From an uncultured Bacilli bacterium (GTDB lineage Bacteria > Bacillota_I > Bacilli_A > RF39 > UBA660): DNA of 64,000 bases. Made by a program: the position numbers and the translations under genes. The notes beneath the pieces are model-generated. The model had not been told where the DNA came from and ran no database searches. It saw only the letters and a program-made list of their open reading frames with translations. The stretch covers positions 3,588 through 67,587 of the forward strand of contig CANQYB010000003.1 in the NCBI GenBank assembly GCA_947627975.1, read 5' to 3'. Shown one piece after another: positions 33,357 through 44,415 of this stretch (the first letter of the stretch is position 1; every line of letters starts with the position of its first letter).

Positions 33357-34466
33357 TTATATATTTTCATCAATTTTCTTAAGACTTAAAGAAGCAGTAA
33401 CTCCTGGTCCCAAGTTTATAATTACATTATTTTCTGTAGCTGATATAACCATATCTAATACATCATCAGCCATTAAAGAAATAATTGTACTTCCATTAAA
33501 ACTAACATTTTCGTTAGGCATAATTTGTTTTACTATAACAGCAGATGGAATCATAACATTATTTTCTCTTATCATTAAACTAATTATGGCAGCCTTGCTA
33601 CCTGTAAAATTAATTGAATAATTTAATTCATATATTCCATCTTGTTCTAATTTAATAGAATTTATAGGAGAATCAATAATATTGATATTATCCATAACTT
33701 CAGTAAGTGGCACTTGTACCCAAGTTCCTGCAGCCATTGTATCTAAAGTTGCAGTTATATTGTTATATTTTCCACCATAGGCACTTAATAATGCTGTTCC
33801 AATTGGGCCTGTTGGTCCTGTTGGCCCTTCTATTCCTTGAATTCCTTGGGGTCCAGGTTCTCCAGGAATACCTTGTAACCCTTGTATTCCTTGTATTCCT
33901 TGGGGTCCTGGAGGTCCTTCTATCCCTTGAGGTCCTGTTGGGCCAATATCTCCTTGAGGTCCTTTTATAGTTCCAACGTTTATCCACTCATTTTTATTAT
34001 CAGACCACACGTATAAATCATCACCAACTAAATAAGCATCTCCTATGTTCCCTGTTAAATGTTCATCTAATAATTCATTTAAATTACTATAAGAACCCAT
34101 AATAGTTACGCTAGTTCCAGCAGGTCCTGTTGGGCCTATTTCTCCTTGTTCTCCTTGAGGACCCGTTTCACCTATTGGTCCTGGTACTCCTTGTAATCCC
34201 TGAATTCCTTGGGGACCTGTTGGCCCAATTTCTCCTTGTTCTCCCTGAATTCCTTGAGGACCCGTTTCTCCCATAGGTCCTGGTACTCCCTGAATTCCTT
34301 GAATACCTTGAGGTCCAGTTGGCCCTGTTTCACCTGTTGGTCCACCACTTGGGCCTGTTGGGCCAGTAGGTCCAGTTGGTCCAATACCACCAACACTACA
34401 ACAACATGTTGGACATTTGCCTTGATTATTTTTTATATAATTTAAAGCTCTTTGATAAGAATTCAT
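33357..34466 (-). CDS. collagen triple-helix repeat protein, BclA-like (paralog)
   Basis: Same 35-aa N-terminal leader, G-X-Y repeats (GPQGIQG), the same interrupting domain (TSVTIMGSY...[11 protein letters not shown]) and a distinct C-terminal domain. Confidence 0.8.
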   Translation of the reverse strand: MNSYQRALNYIKNNQGKCPTCCCSVGGIGPTGPTGPTGPSGGPTGETGPTGPQGIQGIQGVPGPMGETGPQGIQGEQGEIGPTGPQGIQGLQGVPGPIGETGPQGEQGEIGPTGPAGTSVTIMGSYSNLNELLDEHLTGNIGDAYLVGDDLYVWSDNKNEWINVGTIKGPQGDIGPTGPQGIEGPPGPQGIQGIQGLQGIPGEPGPQGIQGIEGPTGPTGPIGTALLSAYGGKYNNITATLDTMAAGTWVQVPLTEVMDNINIIDSPINSIKLEQDGIYELNYSINFTGSKAAIISLMIRENNVMIPSAVIVKQIMPNENVSFNGSTIISLMADDVLDMVISATENNVIINLGPGVTASLSLKKIDENI

Positions 34467-34495
34467 AATAGTTCTCCTTTCTATTATAAAATATG
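34363..34495. repeat. IR-right: 133-bp perfect inverted repeat
   Basis: Reverse complement of 32152-32284. Confidence 0.85.
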
Positions 34496-34513
34496 TCTAA
34501 TAATATTTTTAGT

Positions 34514-35659
<1,146 letters not shown>

Positions 35660-35665
35660 TTAATT

Positions 35666-35860
35666 ATGCTTAATTTATACCTAAGTGAAGCTATATCTTT
35701 AGCAGATAAAATTATTGTTTTGTCACAAAGACCAAGTAAAATTAAAAAAATATATGAAATAAAACTTTCAAGTAAAAATAACCCAATAGATAAAAGAAAA
35801 GCAAAAGAATTTTCAACCTATTATGATTCAATATGGAAGGACTTAGATATAAATGTCTGA
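35666..35860 (+). pseudogene. ABC transporter ATP-binding protein, C-terminal fragment
   Basis: From 35686 the frame reads SEAISLADKIIVLSQRPSKIKKIYEI, the typical NitT/TauT ATPase C-terminus. It ends in an ATGTCTGA overlap with the permease start. Confidence 0.8.
35686..35696. repeat. right copy of the 11-bp direct repeat TGAAGCTATAT
   Basis: See the left copy. Confidence 0.8.
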
Positions 35861-36638
35861 AAAGCAAATTAAATATTTAAAAAATATCAAAAAAAATAAG
35901 ATATATGTTTTTTTTACCCAATTAAGTATTATTATTATATTTTTTTCATTATGGGAACTTGCAAGTAAATTTAATATTATTGATTCATTTATTTTTTCAT
36001 CCCCCAGTAGAATATTTAAAACTATTATTAATTTAATTAAAGAAAATAATTTATTTATTCATATTTTAACAACATTATATGAAACATTAATTGCCTTTTT
36101 CTTAGGAATAATTATAGGACTATTAGTATCAATTATCTTATATTTATCTAAATTTTTAGCTAAAGTTTTTGATCCATTCTTAACTTTATTAAATTCACTA
36201 CCTAAAGTTGCTTTGGGTCCATTAATTATCATTTGGATAGGAGCCAATAATGGATCAATTATATTTATGGCTTTACTTATAAATGTAATAATAAATATCA
36301 TTACTATTTATAATGGATTTATAACAACTGATGAAAATAAAATTAAATTAATGAAATCTTTTAAAGCAAATAAATTACAAATATTATTTAAATTAGTAAT
36401 ACCATCTTCTTATAATACAATAATTTCATCATTAAAATTAAATATTTCAATGTCTTTAATTGGCGTAATTATGGGAGAATTTTTAGTATCAAAACAAGGA
36501 CTTGGATACTTAATTATTTATGGTAAACAAATATTTAATCTTGATTTAGTTATGAGCTCAATATTTATTTTGGTATTAATTTCATATCTTTTATATAAAA
36601 CAATTTCAATTATAGAAAAAAAATTATTAAAAAATTAA
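35853..36638 (+). CDS. ABC transporter permease (binding-protein-dependent inner-membrane component, NitT/TauT family)
   Basis: Six TM helices and an EAA-like loop; translationally coupled to the ATPase C-terminal fragment. Confidence 0.75.
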   Translation: MSEKQIKYLKNIKKNKIYVFFTQLSIIIIFFSLWELASKFNIIDSFIFSSPSRIFKTIINLIKENNLFIHILTTLYETLIAFFLGIIIGLLVSIILYLSKFLAKVFDPFLTLLNSLPKVALGPLIIIWIGANNGSIIFMALLINVIINIITIYNGFITTDENKIKLMKSFKANKLQILFKLVIPSSYNTIISSLKLNISMSLIGVIMGEFLVSKQGLGYLIIYGKQIFNLDLVMSSIFILVLISYLLYKTISIIEKKLLKN

Positions 36639-36661
36639 AAGAGCGACATCTTTTAATTTTT

Positions 36662-38038
36662 TTAATTATTGAAATAATTTTTTTTATTATTTTTTAACTT
36701 ATTTATATTTTCTTTAGAAGCATAAACTACAATATCTTGAAGTGAATTATTATTAAATATTATCTTTTTATTATTTATATTTTTAATAAATTCATTAGTT
36801 TGTTTAATAGGATTTGAACATTCAGCCCAAAGGTGAATATTATCATGATTGTATTTTTCTAATTTACAAAATTTATTAATTTTATATTCTAATTTTATAT
36901 TATTTATATCAGATTCAACATATTCAACATTATTACTAATAAAAATATTATCTTGCATTTCAAATTCAATTTCTTCTTTTTTCATCATTTTATTATCATA
37001 ATCTAATATTTCAAAATTAAGTGTTCCAATAAATATTAGACCTAGACCACTACCTAATATTGCAAGGGATAATATAAAACTCCAAATTAGTTTCTTTTTT
37101 TCATTTTTTCTTGTAAAAATAAAATTTAAAATAACTAATAAAATAATAGTCAACATAATAATTAAGGCAATTATTGATAACATTAATCCAATAAAGAATA
37201 TACCAGTTTTATAAATTAATAAAGAAATTATTAAACTTAAAAATAATGTTATTAATATAAAACTAATAAAAAATACTAAACATAAAGCAAAAAATTTAAT
37301 TATTCCAATAATAAATTTAAATAAACTATTAACAAATCTATATTCACTATGTTTTGGATCTCTTATTATTATTTTACTTTCATTTTTTCTAAATAATATT
37401 TTATTTTTTTTATCTATATTTTTTTGTTTATCATCTGATTTTTCATTGTCATAATCATTTTCATTAATTATAGTTTTTTTTAGTTTATCATAATAATCTA
37501 AATATCTGGTTTTAAAAATATGAGTTAAAATTATAATTGAGGAAATAATACAAAATAAAATTAAAATTGAATTTAAAAAATTATTAATTATATATCTAAT
37601 ATTATTAGGTAAAAATCCAACTAAATTAAAGCATATTGTATAACCTGCTTCTACTATTATAGCTGAAATTATAATTAGTATTAATATAATAATTGATTGT
37701 TCAATTAAACATTTAATTTTACTTTTAAAATTCATATTACTAAATAAATTAATAATATCCGTAATAAATTTTAAAAAGTCATCTATTGATTTATTTAGCT
37801 TTTTTTTACTTTCTTCTTCACCTTTTATTTCTTTAATGTCTTTATGTAATAAATCATCTATATTTAAATCAAATTTATCACATAAAGCAATAATTTTATC
37901 CATTTCTGGATAAGCAGATGAGGATTCCCATTTTGATATTGCTTGTCTGGATACTCCTAACTCATCAGCAAGTTGTTCTTGTGAAAGATTATTATCTTTT
38001 CTAACTTTTTTTAAATTTTCTGAAAATTGATTGTTCAT
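36662..38038 (-). CDS. XRE-family HTH protein fused to a polytopic membrane domain
   Basis: N-terminal Cro/C1-type HTH (LSQEQLADELGVSRQAISKWESSS) followed by multiple TM helices and a C-terminal extracytoplasmic region. Confidence 0.65.
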   Translation of the reverse strand: MNNQFSENLKKVRKDNNLSQEQLADELGVSRQAISKWESSSAYPEMDKIIALCDKFDLNIDDLLHKDIKEIKGEEESKKKLNKSIDDFLKFITDIINLFSNMNFKSKIKCLIEQSIIILILIIISAIIVEAGYTICFNLVGFLPNNIRYIINNFLNSILILFCIISSIIILTHIFKTRYLDYYDKLKKTIINENDYDNEKSDDKQKNIDKKNKILFRKNESKIIIRDPKHSEYRFVNSLFKFIIGIIKFFALCLVFFISFILITLFLSLIISLLIYKTGIFFIGLMLSIIALIIMLTIILLVILNFIFTRKNEKKKLIWSFILSLAILGSGLGLIFIGTLNFEILDYDNKMMKKEEIEFEMQDNIFISNNVEYVESDINNIKLEYKINKFCKLEKYNHDNIHLWAECSNPIKQTNEFIKNINNKKIIFNNNSLQDIVVYASKENINKLKNNKKNYFNN

Positions 38039-38281
38039 AATTTTCTCCTTTCACAAAGAATTTTATAATTTCTACCAGTTGCATACTACCATCTTTAAGT
38101 TGTTTTTTGTAGAAATTTGGTTGCATTATAAACTATTATAACATTGTTATTGTTAATTTTGCATAATAAAATATTTACAAATTAAAAAAGTAAACATTTG
38201 CATTGCTTACTTTTTATAAATTATTTATATTTTTTTTATTATTCTATCTACTAGTTGGGATTTTAAATCAAAGTTAATATT

Positions 38282-39064
38282 TTAATATGTTTGTCCGCCA
38301 TCAATACCTAGGTTTTGTGCAGTAATTTCTTTTGATTCATCTGAACATAAGAATAATACAGCATTAGCAATATCTTTAGGTTCCTGAGGTCTTTGAGTTG
38401 GAATGCCATTAGTAAATGAAGAAAATACTTCATCTTTTTTATCAATGTTATTATCTGTTAATTCATTTAACATGTTTTCCCATAAAGGAGTACGAATAAT
38501 TCCTGGTAATACACAATTAATATTAATATTATCTTGAGCATATTCTCTTGCTAAACAAGCTGTTAATTCTAAAACTGCAGCTTTAGTGGCAGAATAAACG
38601 GAAATATTAGCAGAGCCTAATTTTGCCGCTATGGATGATAAATTAACTATCTTTCCATAATTTTGTTTTTTCATTATTGGTAATACTGCTTTACAACCAT
38701 ATATAGTTCCATTTAAATTAATTTCAATCATAGATTTAATTTTTTCAAGATTCATATCTATTAAAGAAATTGATTGACATATACCAGCATTATTAATAAG
38801 TATATCAATTTTTTTAAATTTATTATTTACTTCGTTAATAACTTGCTCAAATTCATCATAATTTGCTACATCAACTTTATATGGTAAAACTTCTACTCCA
38901 TATTTAGATAATTCTTCAGCCGTTTTTTTTGCCTCTTCAATATTAATATCTGCAATAACTACATTAGCATGAGCCTTAGCAAATTCTTCACAAATTGCCT
39001 TTCCAAGTCCCATACTACCTCCTGTTACAATAACATTTTTCCCTGTAAAGTCATATTTTATCAT
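38282..39064 (-). CDS. SDR-family oxidoreductase (FabG-like)
   Basis: TGGSMGLG Rossmann motif and YxxxK catalytic motif (YSATKAAV). Confidence 0.8.
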   Translation of the reverse strand: MIKYDFTGKNVIVTGGSMGLGKAICEEFAKAHANVVIADINIEEAKKTAEELSKYGVEVLPYKVDVANYDEFEQVINEVNNKFKKIDILINNAGICQSISLIDMNLEKIKSMIEINLNGTIYGCKAVLPIMKKQNYGKIVNLSSIAAKLGSANISVYSATKAAVLELTACLAREYAQDNININCVLPGIIRTPLWENMLNELTDNNIDKKDEVFSSFTNGIPTQRPQEPKDIANAVLFLCSDESKEITAQNLGIDGGQTY

Positions 39065-39094
39065 TTTTTCCTCCTTAATTATATTATAACTTTT

Positions 39095-40855
39095 TCACTC
39101 ATTATCATTTATAAAATTTATAATTTCATTTACTATATTTTCAACAGATATACCATGTTCCTCTAATAATTTGTTTGGGTCAAAATCTGTATGAAATGCT
39201 TTAGAAATTCCATAATTTTTTACTTTCATATCTTTATCTCCATAGAAAGAGGAAATAGTTTGACCATATCCACTTTGGACCTCTCCATCTTCTATCGTAA
39301 TAATAAAGTTATGATCTTTTTTTAAATTCTCCAATAAATTTTTATCTAAATCATTTAAGAATAAGGGATTAATTACTGTTATATCTAAGCCAATTTTTTC
39401 TTTTACTTTTTTAGCAATTTCTTTTGCCATAGAAATAAGTATACCAACTGCAAAAATTGCAATTTTTGATCCTTTTATTTCTATTTTATTTTTATTCAAA
39501 GAATAATCAGTCTTATCTTCTATACCAGATGAAACCATATTACTTGATACTCTAATAGCAACTGGATGTTTTTTTTGCGTAGTTGCAAATTTGAACATAT
39601 TAATAAATTCTTCATTACAACTTGGGGCTAAATAAACTAAATTGGGAATATGTGCAAACATTTGAATGTCACATAAAGCAATATGAGTATTAGAATTCAT
39701 TCCATAAACTCCTGGATTTAATATTAAAAAAGTTGCTGGGCTATTATTTAAACAGACATCATGTGACATTTGATCATAAGTTCTTTGAAAAAAAGGAGCA
39801 AAAGTTCCAAATACTGGAGTACCACCATTTTTTGCAATACCTGATGTCATTGCTACACCATTTTCTTCTGCAATACCTACATCTATAAATTGCCCTCTTT
39901 TAACATATTCTTCTCTTACACCTTTTACAAAACCAAGTCCCATCGGTGTTCCAGCATTTAAAACAATAGCTTTTTTATTTGTATCTAGTAATTCTTTTAA
40001 AGAATCAAATACAACATTTTCACTTTCATCATTTTCAATCTTTCTACTTCCATCTTTAGGATTAAATGGACCACCAGCATGCCATTCTTCTTTATTTAAC
40101 TCTGCGTAAGGTAATCCTTTTCCTTTAATTGTATGAATATGAACAACTATTGGATGGTCAATATCTTTTACTTTATTAAATACTTCTACTAGTTTTTTTA
40201 TATTATGTCCTTCTTCAACATAAATATAATCAAGTCCCATAGCTTTAAATAAATTATTGGAAAAATTTCCATTAGTTTCTCGCAAACATTTTAAATTTTT
40301 ATATAATCCACCATGATTTTCTGCTATACTTTGATCATTATCATTTATAATTATTATTAAATTTTTATTATATTCTCCCGCATAATCTAAAGCTTCTAAA
40401 GCTTCCCCACCAGATAAAGATCCATCACCAATAATAGCTATTATATTCTCATTTCGACCATTTAAGTCTCTTCCTTTAGCAAGCCCTAAAGCAAGTGAAA
40501 CAGATGTTGATGTATGTCCGATTGTAAAAAGATCATGTTCACTTTCTAAAGGATTAGTATAACCTGTTACATCATGAAAATGTTCTGGATTTAAAAATGC
40601 CTCTTTTCTTCCTGTTAAAATTTTATGTGGATAACATTGATGCGATACATCAAAAACAAATTTATCTTTAGGAGAATTAAATACATAATGAAGTGCTACT
40701 GTTACTTCTACAATGCCTAAATTTGGTCCATTGTGGCCACCTGCTTTACTAATTTTATTTATTAAAGCATTTCTTGTTTCATCGGCTAAAGTTTGCAATT
40801 TTTCTACATTTAATTTTTTTATGTCTTTTGGACTATTTATATTATCTAAGTACAT
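39095..40855 (-). CDS. dxs: 1-deoxy-D-xylulose-5-phosphate synthase
   Basis: 586 aa; transketolase-like ThDP-binding motifs (GDGSLSGGEALEA) and DXS-family conservation. Confidence 0.85.
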   Translation of the reverse strand: MYLDNINSPKDIKKLNVEKLQTLADETRNALINKISKAGGHNGPNLGIVEVTVALHYVFNSPKDKFVFDVSHQCYPHKILTGRKEAFLNPEHFHDVTGYTNPLESEHDLFTIGHTSTSVSLALGLAKGRDLNGRNENIIAIIGDGSLSGGEALEALDYAGEYNKNLIIIINDNDQSIAENHGGLYKNLKCLRETNGNFSNNLFKAMGLDYIYVEEGHNIKKLVEVFNKVKDIDHPIVVHIHTIKGKGLPYAELNKEEWHAGGPFNPKDGSRKIENDESENVVFDSLKELLDTNKKAIVLNAGTPMGLGFVKGVREEYVKRGQFIDVGIAEENGVAMTSGIAKNGGTPVFGTFAPFFQRTYDQMSHDVCLNNSPATFLILNPGVYGMNSNTHIALCDIQMFAHIPNLVYLAPSCNEEFINMFKFATTQKKHPVAIRVSSNMVSSGIEDKTDYSLNKNKIEIKGSKIAIFAVGILISMAKEIAKKVKEKIGLDITVINPLFLNDLDKNLLENLKKDHNFIITIEDGEVQSGYGQTISSFYGDKDMKVKNYGISKAFHTDFDPNKLLEEHGISVENIVNEIINFINDNE

Positions 40856-41080
40856 TATTTTATTCCTTTCATTATTATTCCTTCATTATAATATTATAAT
40901 ATTTAAATCTAATTTTCAACTTCTAACTTAAAATTGTTGACATAACTTTTTTATATTAAATTTTATCTATATATTAAAAACTATTAATATTAACAAATAT
41001 AAAATAATTTATATATTCTAGGTTTTAATAAGCTACAAATATTTAATCAAATCATATTTTATATTAGAAAGGAGTAATAA

Positions 41081-41938
41081 ATGAATTCATATCAAAGAGC
41101 TTTAAATTATATTAAAAATAATCAAGGAAAATGTCCAACATGTTGTTGTAGTGTAGGAGGCGGAATTGGACCTACTGGACCAACTGGACCAACAGGTCCA
41201 AGTGGAGGACCTACTGGACCTACTGGACCTACTGGACCTACTGGACCTACTGGACCTACTGGACCTACTGGTATTCAAGGATTAATTGGACCAGTTGGAG
41301 CTACAGGAGCAACAGGACCTACTGGACCTACTGGACCTACTGGGCCTACAGGGCCAACAGGTGAAACGGGACCAGCTCCAACTCTTACAGTAGGTGATAC
41401 TACTACTGCTTTACCTGGTGATGAAGCAGCTGTTAATATAGCTCCAAACGGTGATGGAGAATATACATTAACATTTACTGTACCTCAAGGTCCAACTGGT
41501 GCTACTGGAAATGGTCTTGGTGCATATGGAGGATTATATGATACAACACAAAATGCCTACTCATTAACTGCAAATACACCTAGCCAAATAACTTTAGCAA
41601 CTCCAACTCCACTTTCTAATGTTACAACTGGAACTAATTCATTAAATATTAGTGAAGCTGGAACATATGAAATTACTTATGCAGCAAATGTTACTTCAAC
41701 TGATGCCGATACTATTACTTTTTCTGTTAGAAATAGTACTGAAGATATACCTGGAACATCTATTTCCAACACATTCCAAGCAGGTGGACAATATAATTAT
41801 AATGGAAGCATTATAACCGATTTATCTGAAGGTGATGAAATAGATATGGCTTTAGAATCAACTGATGCTGCCGCTGGTAATGTTAATAGTGCAAATTTAA
41901 GTGTTAAATTAATTAGTCCATCTACTATAGCTGAATAA
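41081..41938 (+). CDS. collagen triple-helix repeat protein, BclA-like (third, diverged paralog)
   Basis: Same [27 protein letters not shown] leader, a long (GPT)n run and a C-terminal globular domain. Confidence 0.8.
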   Translation: MNSYQRALNYIKNNQGKCPTCCCSVGGGIGPTGPTGPTGPSGGPTGPTGPTGPTGPTGPTGPTGIQGLIGPVGATGATGPTGPTGPTGPTGPTGETGPAPTLTVGDTTTALPGDEAAVNIAPNGDGEYTLTFTVPQGPTGATGNGLGAYGGLYDTTQNAYSLTANTPSQITLATPTPLSNVTTGTNSLNISEAGTYEITYAANVTSTDADTITFSVRNSTEDIPGTSISNTFQAGGQYNYNGSIITDLSEGDEIDMALESTDAAAGNVNSANLSVKLISPSTIAE

Positions 41939-41966
41939 AAACGAATAAAAATTCGTTTTTTTTCAA
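41939..41966 (+). terminator. rho-independent terminator
   Basis: AAAACGAAT-AAAA-ATTCGTTTT hairpin followed by a T-run. Confidence 0.7.
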
Positions 41967-42005
41967 TTTGTTTTTTCATATATTATAAAGAAAGAAGGTA
42001 TTAAT

Positions 42006-43091
42006 ATTAAAAAAATTTGTGTTTATGCCATATCAAAAAATGAAGAACAATTTGTAGAACGTTTTATGAAAACTGCAAATGAAGCAGATAAAGTATTTAT
42101 TTTAGATACTGGCTCAACTGATAATACAGTTTCTAAATTAAAAAAGTTAGGAGCTATCGTTAAAGAAAAAGAAATTAAACCATGGCGATTTGATGTTGCC
42201 AGAAATGAATCTTTAAAAATAATACCAGACGAATTTGACATATGTGTATGTTTAGATTTAGATGAAGTTATAATGCCTGGATGGAGACAAAAATTAGAAA
42301 AATTATGGGATAAAAATACTACTCGACTTCGTTATAACTATAATTGGCAATTGGATGAAAATGACAAACCAATAATAAATTTTTATATTGAAAAAATCCA
42401 TTTACGAAAAAATTATAAATGGACCCATCCTGTACATGAAGTTTTAACATATGAAAATAAAAATGAAGTAATTAAAACTACAAATGATATTACCGTTAAT
42501 CATTATCCTGATAATACTAAATCTCGTCAAACATATTTACCACTTTTAGAATTATCGGTAAAAGAAGATCCCGAAGATGATAGAAATATGCATTATTTAG
42601 GTCGTGAATACATGTATTACCAGAAATGGAATGAATGCATTGATACATTAATTAAACATCTAAATTTAAAAAATGCTACTTGGAAAGATGAAAGATGTGC
42701 ATCTATGCGATTTATTGCCAGAAGTTATATAAATTTAAAAAGATATGATGAAGCAAAAATGTGGTTAGATAAAGCAATGAAAGAAGCTCCCTATTTAAGA
42801 GATCCCTTTATGGAAAGAGCATTTTTAGAATATCGTTTAAATAATTGGAACGAAGTTGTAAAATATTGTAATAAAGCCCTAGATATTAAAACTCATACAA
42901 AAACATATATAAATGAATCTTTTAGTTGGGACTATTCACCATATGACTTACTTTCTGTTGCTTACTTTAACAAACAAGAATATGATCTTTCACTTTTTTA
43001 TGTCAATAAAGCCCTAGACATGGATAAAAATAATAAAAGATTAAAAGAAAATAAAGAGATTATTTTAAAAAGTTTAAAAACCGCTAACTAA
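42006..43091 (+). CDS. family-2 glycosyltransferase with C-terminal TPR repeats (start codon uncertain)
   Basis: The in-frame translation upstream of the first ATG (42066) reads KKICVYAISKNEEQFVERF, the canonical GT2 N-terminus. A ribosome-binding site (AAGAAGG) lies at 41991-41998. The likely start is ATT at 42006. The DxD region (CLDLDE) and TPR-like repeats follow. Confidence 0.65.
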   Translation: MKKICVYAISKNEEQFVERFMKTANEADKVFILDTGSTDNTVSKLKKLGAIVKEKEIKPWRFDVARNESLKIIPDEFDICVCLDLDEVIMPGWRQKLEKLWDKNTTRLRYNYNWQLDENDKPIINFYIEKIHLRKNYKWTHPVHEVLTYENKNEVIKTTNDITVNHYPDNTKSRQTYLPLLELSVKEDPEDDRNMHYLGREYMYYQKWNECIDTLIKHLNLKNATWKDERCASMRFIARSYINLKRYDEAKMWLDKAMKEAPYLRDPFMERAFLEYRLNNWNEVVKYCNKALDIKTHTKTYINESFSWDYSPYDLLSVAYFNKQEYDLSLFYVNKALDMDKNNKRLKENKEIILKSLKTAN

Positions 43092-43392
43092 ATTGATGTG
43101 AAAAAACTGGTATATTAAAAAGAGAAAAGCTATTTGAACTGAACTTTAAAAGTTGGACAGTTTAATTGTTTAAGGATTGTAACCTGTAATTTATAGGTAA
43201 CAGTCCTTTAATTTTACTTTAATTCTATTATAATTTTAATAAAAATATAGTTATCTATTGCTTTTATTAAATTATCTAATGCTGCCATAAGAAACACTTC
43301 TTTTTGGAAGTGTATGCTACAAATATTTCCTTTAAACTAGTTTTTCATTAATATCTACTCTAAGGGGACAGTTCAAAATAAACGGTTTTTAT

Positions 43393-44346
43393 TTGTTTTA
43401 TTCATGTTATAATAAAATTATGAAAAAATTTAAATATAGTTTAGATAATAAAAGATATCATACATTAAATTACTTTTATAAAAATAAATTTAATAGTAAA
43501 GTATTTAAAATAAGTTTAAATGCTAATTTTTCATGTCCTCATAAAATAAATAATGAAGGTTGCATTTTTTGTTCAAAAATGGGAAGTGGAGATTTTGCTG
43601 GTAATAAATTTAAAAGTCTTTCTGAACAATTTGAAGATGTAAAAAAAATAATGAATAAAAAATGGCAAGGAAAATACATTGGTTATTTTCAAGCTAATAC
43701 TAATACTTATGCTCCACTTCCTATTTTAAAAGAAAAATATGAAGAAATATTAAATAAAGATATTATAGGTCTTTCTATTGCCACTCGACCTGACTGTATA
43801 AAAAAAGAAGTTTACGATTATCTTGAAGATATTAATAAAAGAACCTTTTTAACTATTGAACTAGGTCTTCAATCAATTCATGAAAAAACATTAAAATATA
43901 TCAATCGTGGTCATGATTTAAAATGCTTTGTAGAATGTGTAAACGAACTTAAAAAAAGAAAAATTAATGTTGTAGTTCATATTATTAATGGCCTACCCAA
44001 TGAATCAAAAGAAGATATGATTGAAACAGTAAAATTTTTAAATACATTAAAAATTAATGGAATTAAAATTCACATGCTTAATATACTTAAAAACACTAAA
44101 CTTGAAGAAGTTTATAAAGTTAAACCATTTAAATTATTAACATTAGAAGAATATGTTGATATAGTTTGTACTCAACTGGAATATTTAGATGAAAAAATTG
44201 TTATTCATAGAATTTGTGGTGATGCCAAAAAAAGTGATTTAATTGCTCCCAAATGGACATTAAAAAAATTTGTTGTTATGAATGAAATAGATAAAGAAAT
44301 GAAAAAAAGAAATATTTATCAAGGAGATAAAGTTAATAATTTCTAG
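43393..44346 (+). CDS. radical SAM protein, TIGR01212/YhcC-like family
   Basis: CPHKINNEGCIFCS cysteine cluster and elongator-like radical SAM fold. Confidence 0.7.
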   Translation: MFYSCYNKIMKKFKYSLDNKRYHTLNYFYKNKFNSKVFKISLNANFSCPHKINNEGCIFCSKMGSGDFAGNKFKSLSEQFEDVKKIMNKKWQGKYIGYFQANTNTYAPLPILKEKYEEILNKDIIGLSIATRPDCIKKEVYDYLEDINKRTFLTIELGLQSIHEKTLKYINRGHDLKCFVECVNELKKRKINVVVHIINGLPNESKEDMIETVKFLNTLKINGIKIHMLNILKNTKLEEVYKVKPFKLLTLEEYVDIVCTQLEYLDEKIVIHRICGDAKKSDLIAPKWTLKKFVVMNEIDKEMKKRNIYQGDKVNNF

Positions 44347-44415
44347 CACCTGTAAAGTATTCAAACTGTATATGTAGTAATAATTAAAAAATATGTTATA
44401 ATTTTAATATAAAGG

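Noticed and set aside
32627-34445. Antisense and alternate-frame ORFs inside the collagen-like genes (32627..32839, 32646..32843, 33707..33970, 33763..33987, 34172..34396, 34209..34445)
   Set aside because: They lie within the G-X-Y repeat DNA, where every frame stays open because of the GGNCCN periodicity. They have no ribosome-binding sites, and their Pro/Thr/Arg/Trp-rich translations are typical collagen-repeat artifacts.
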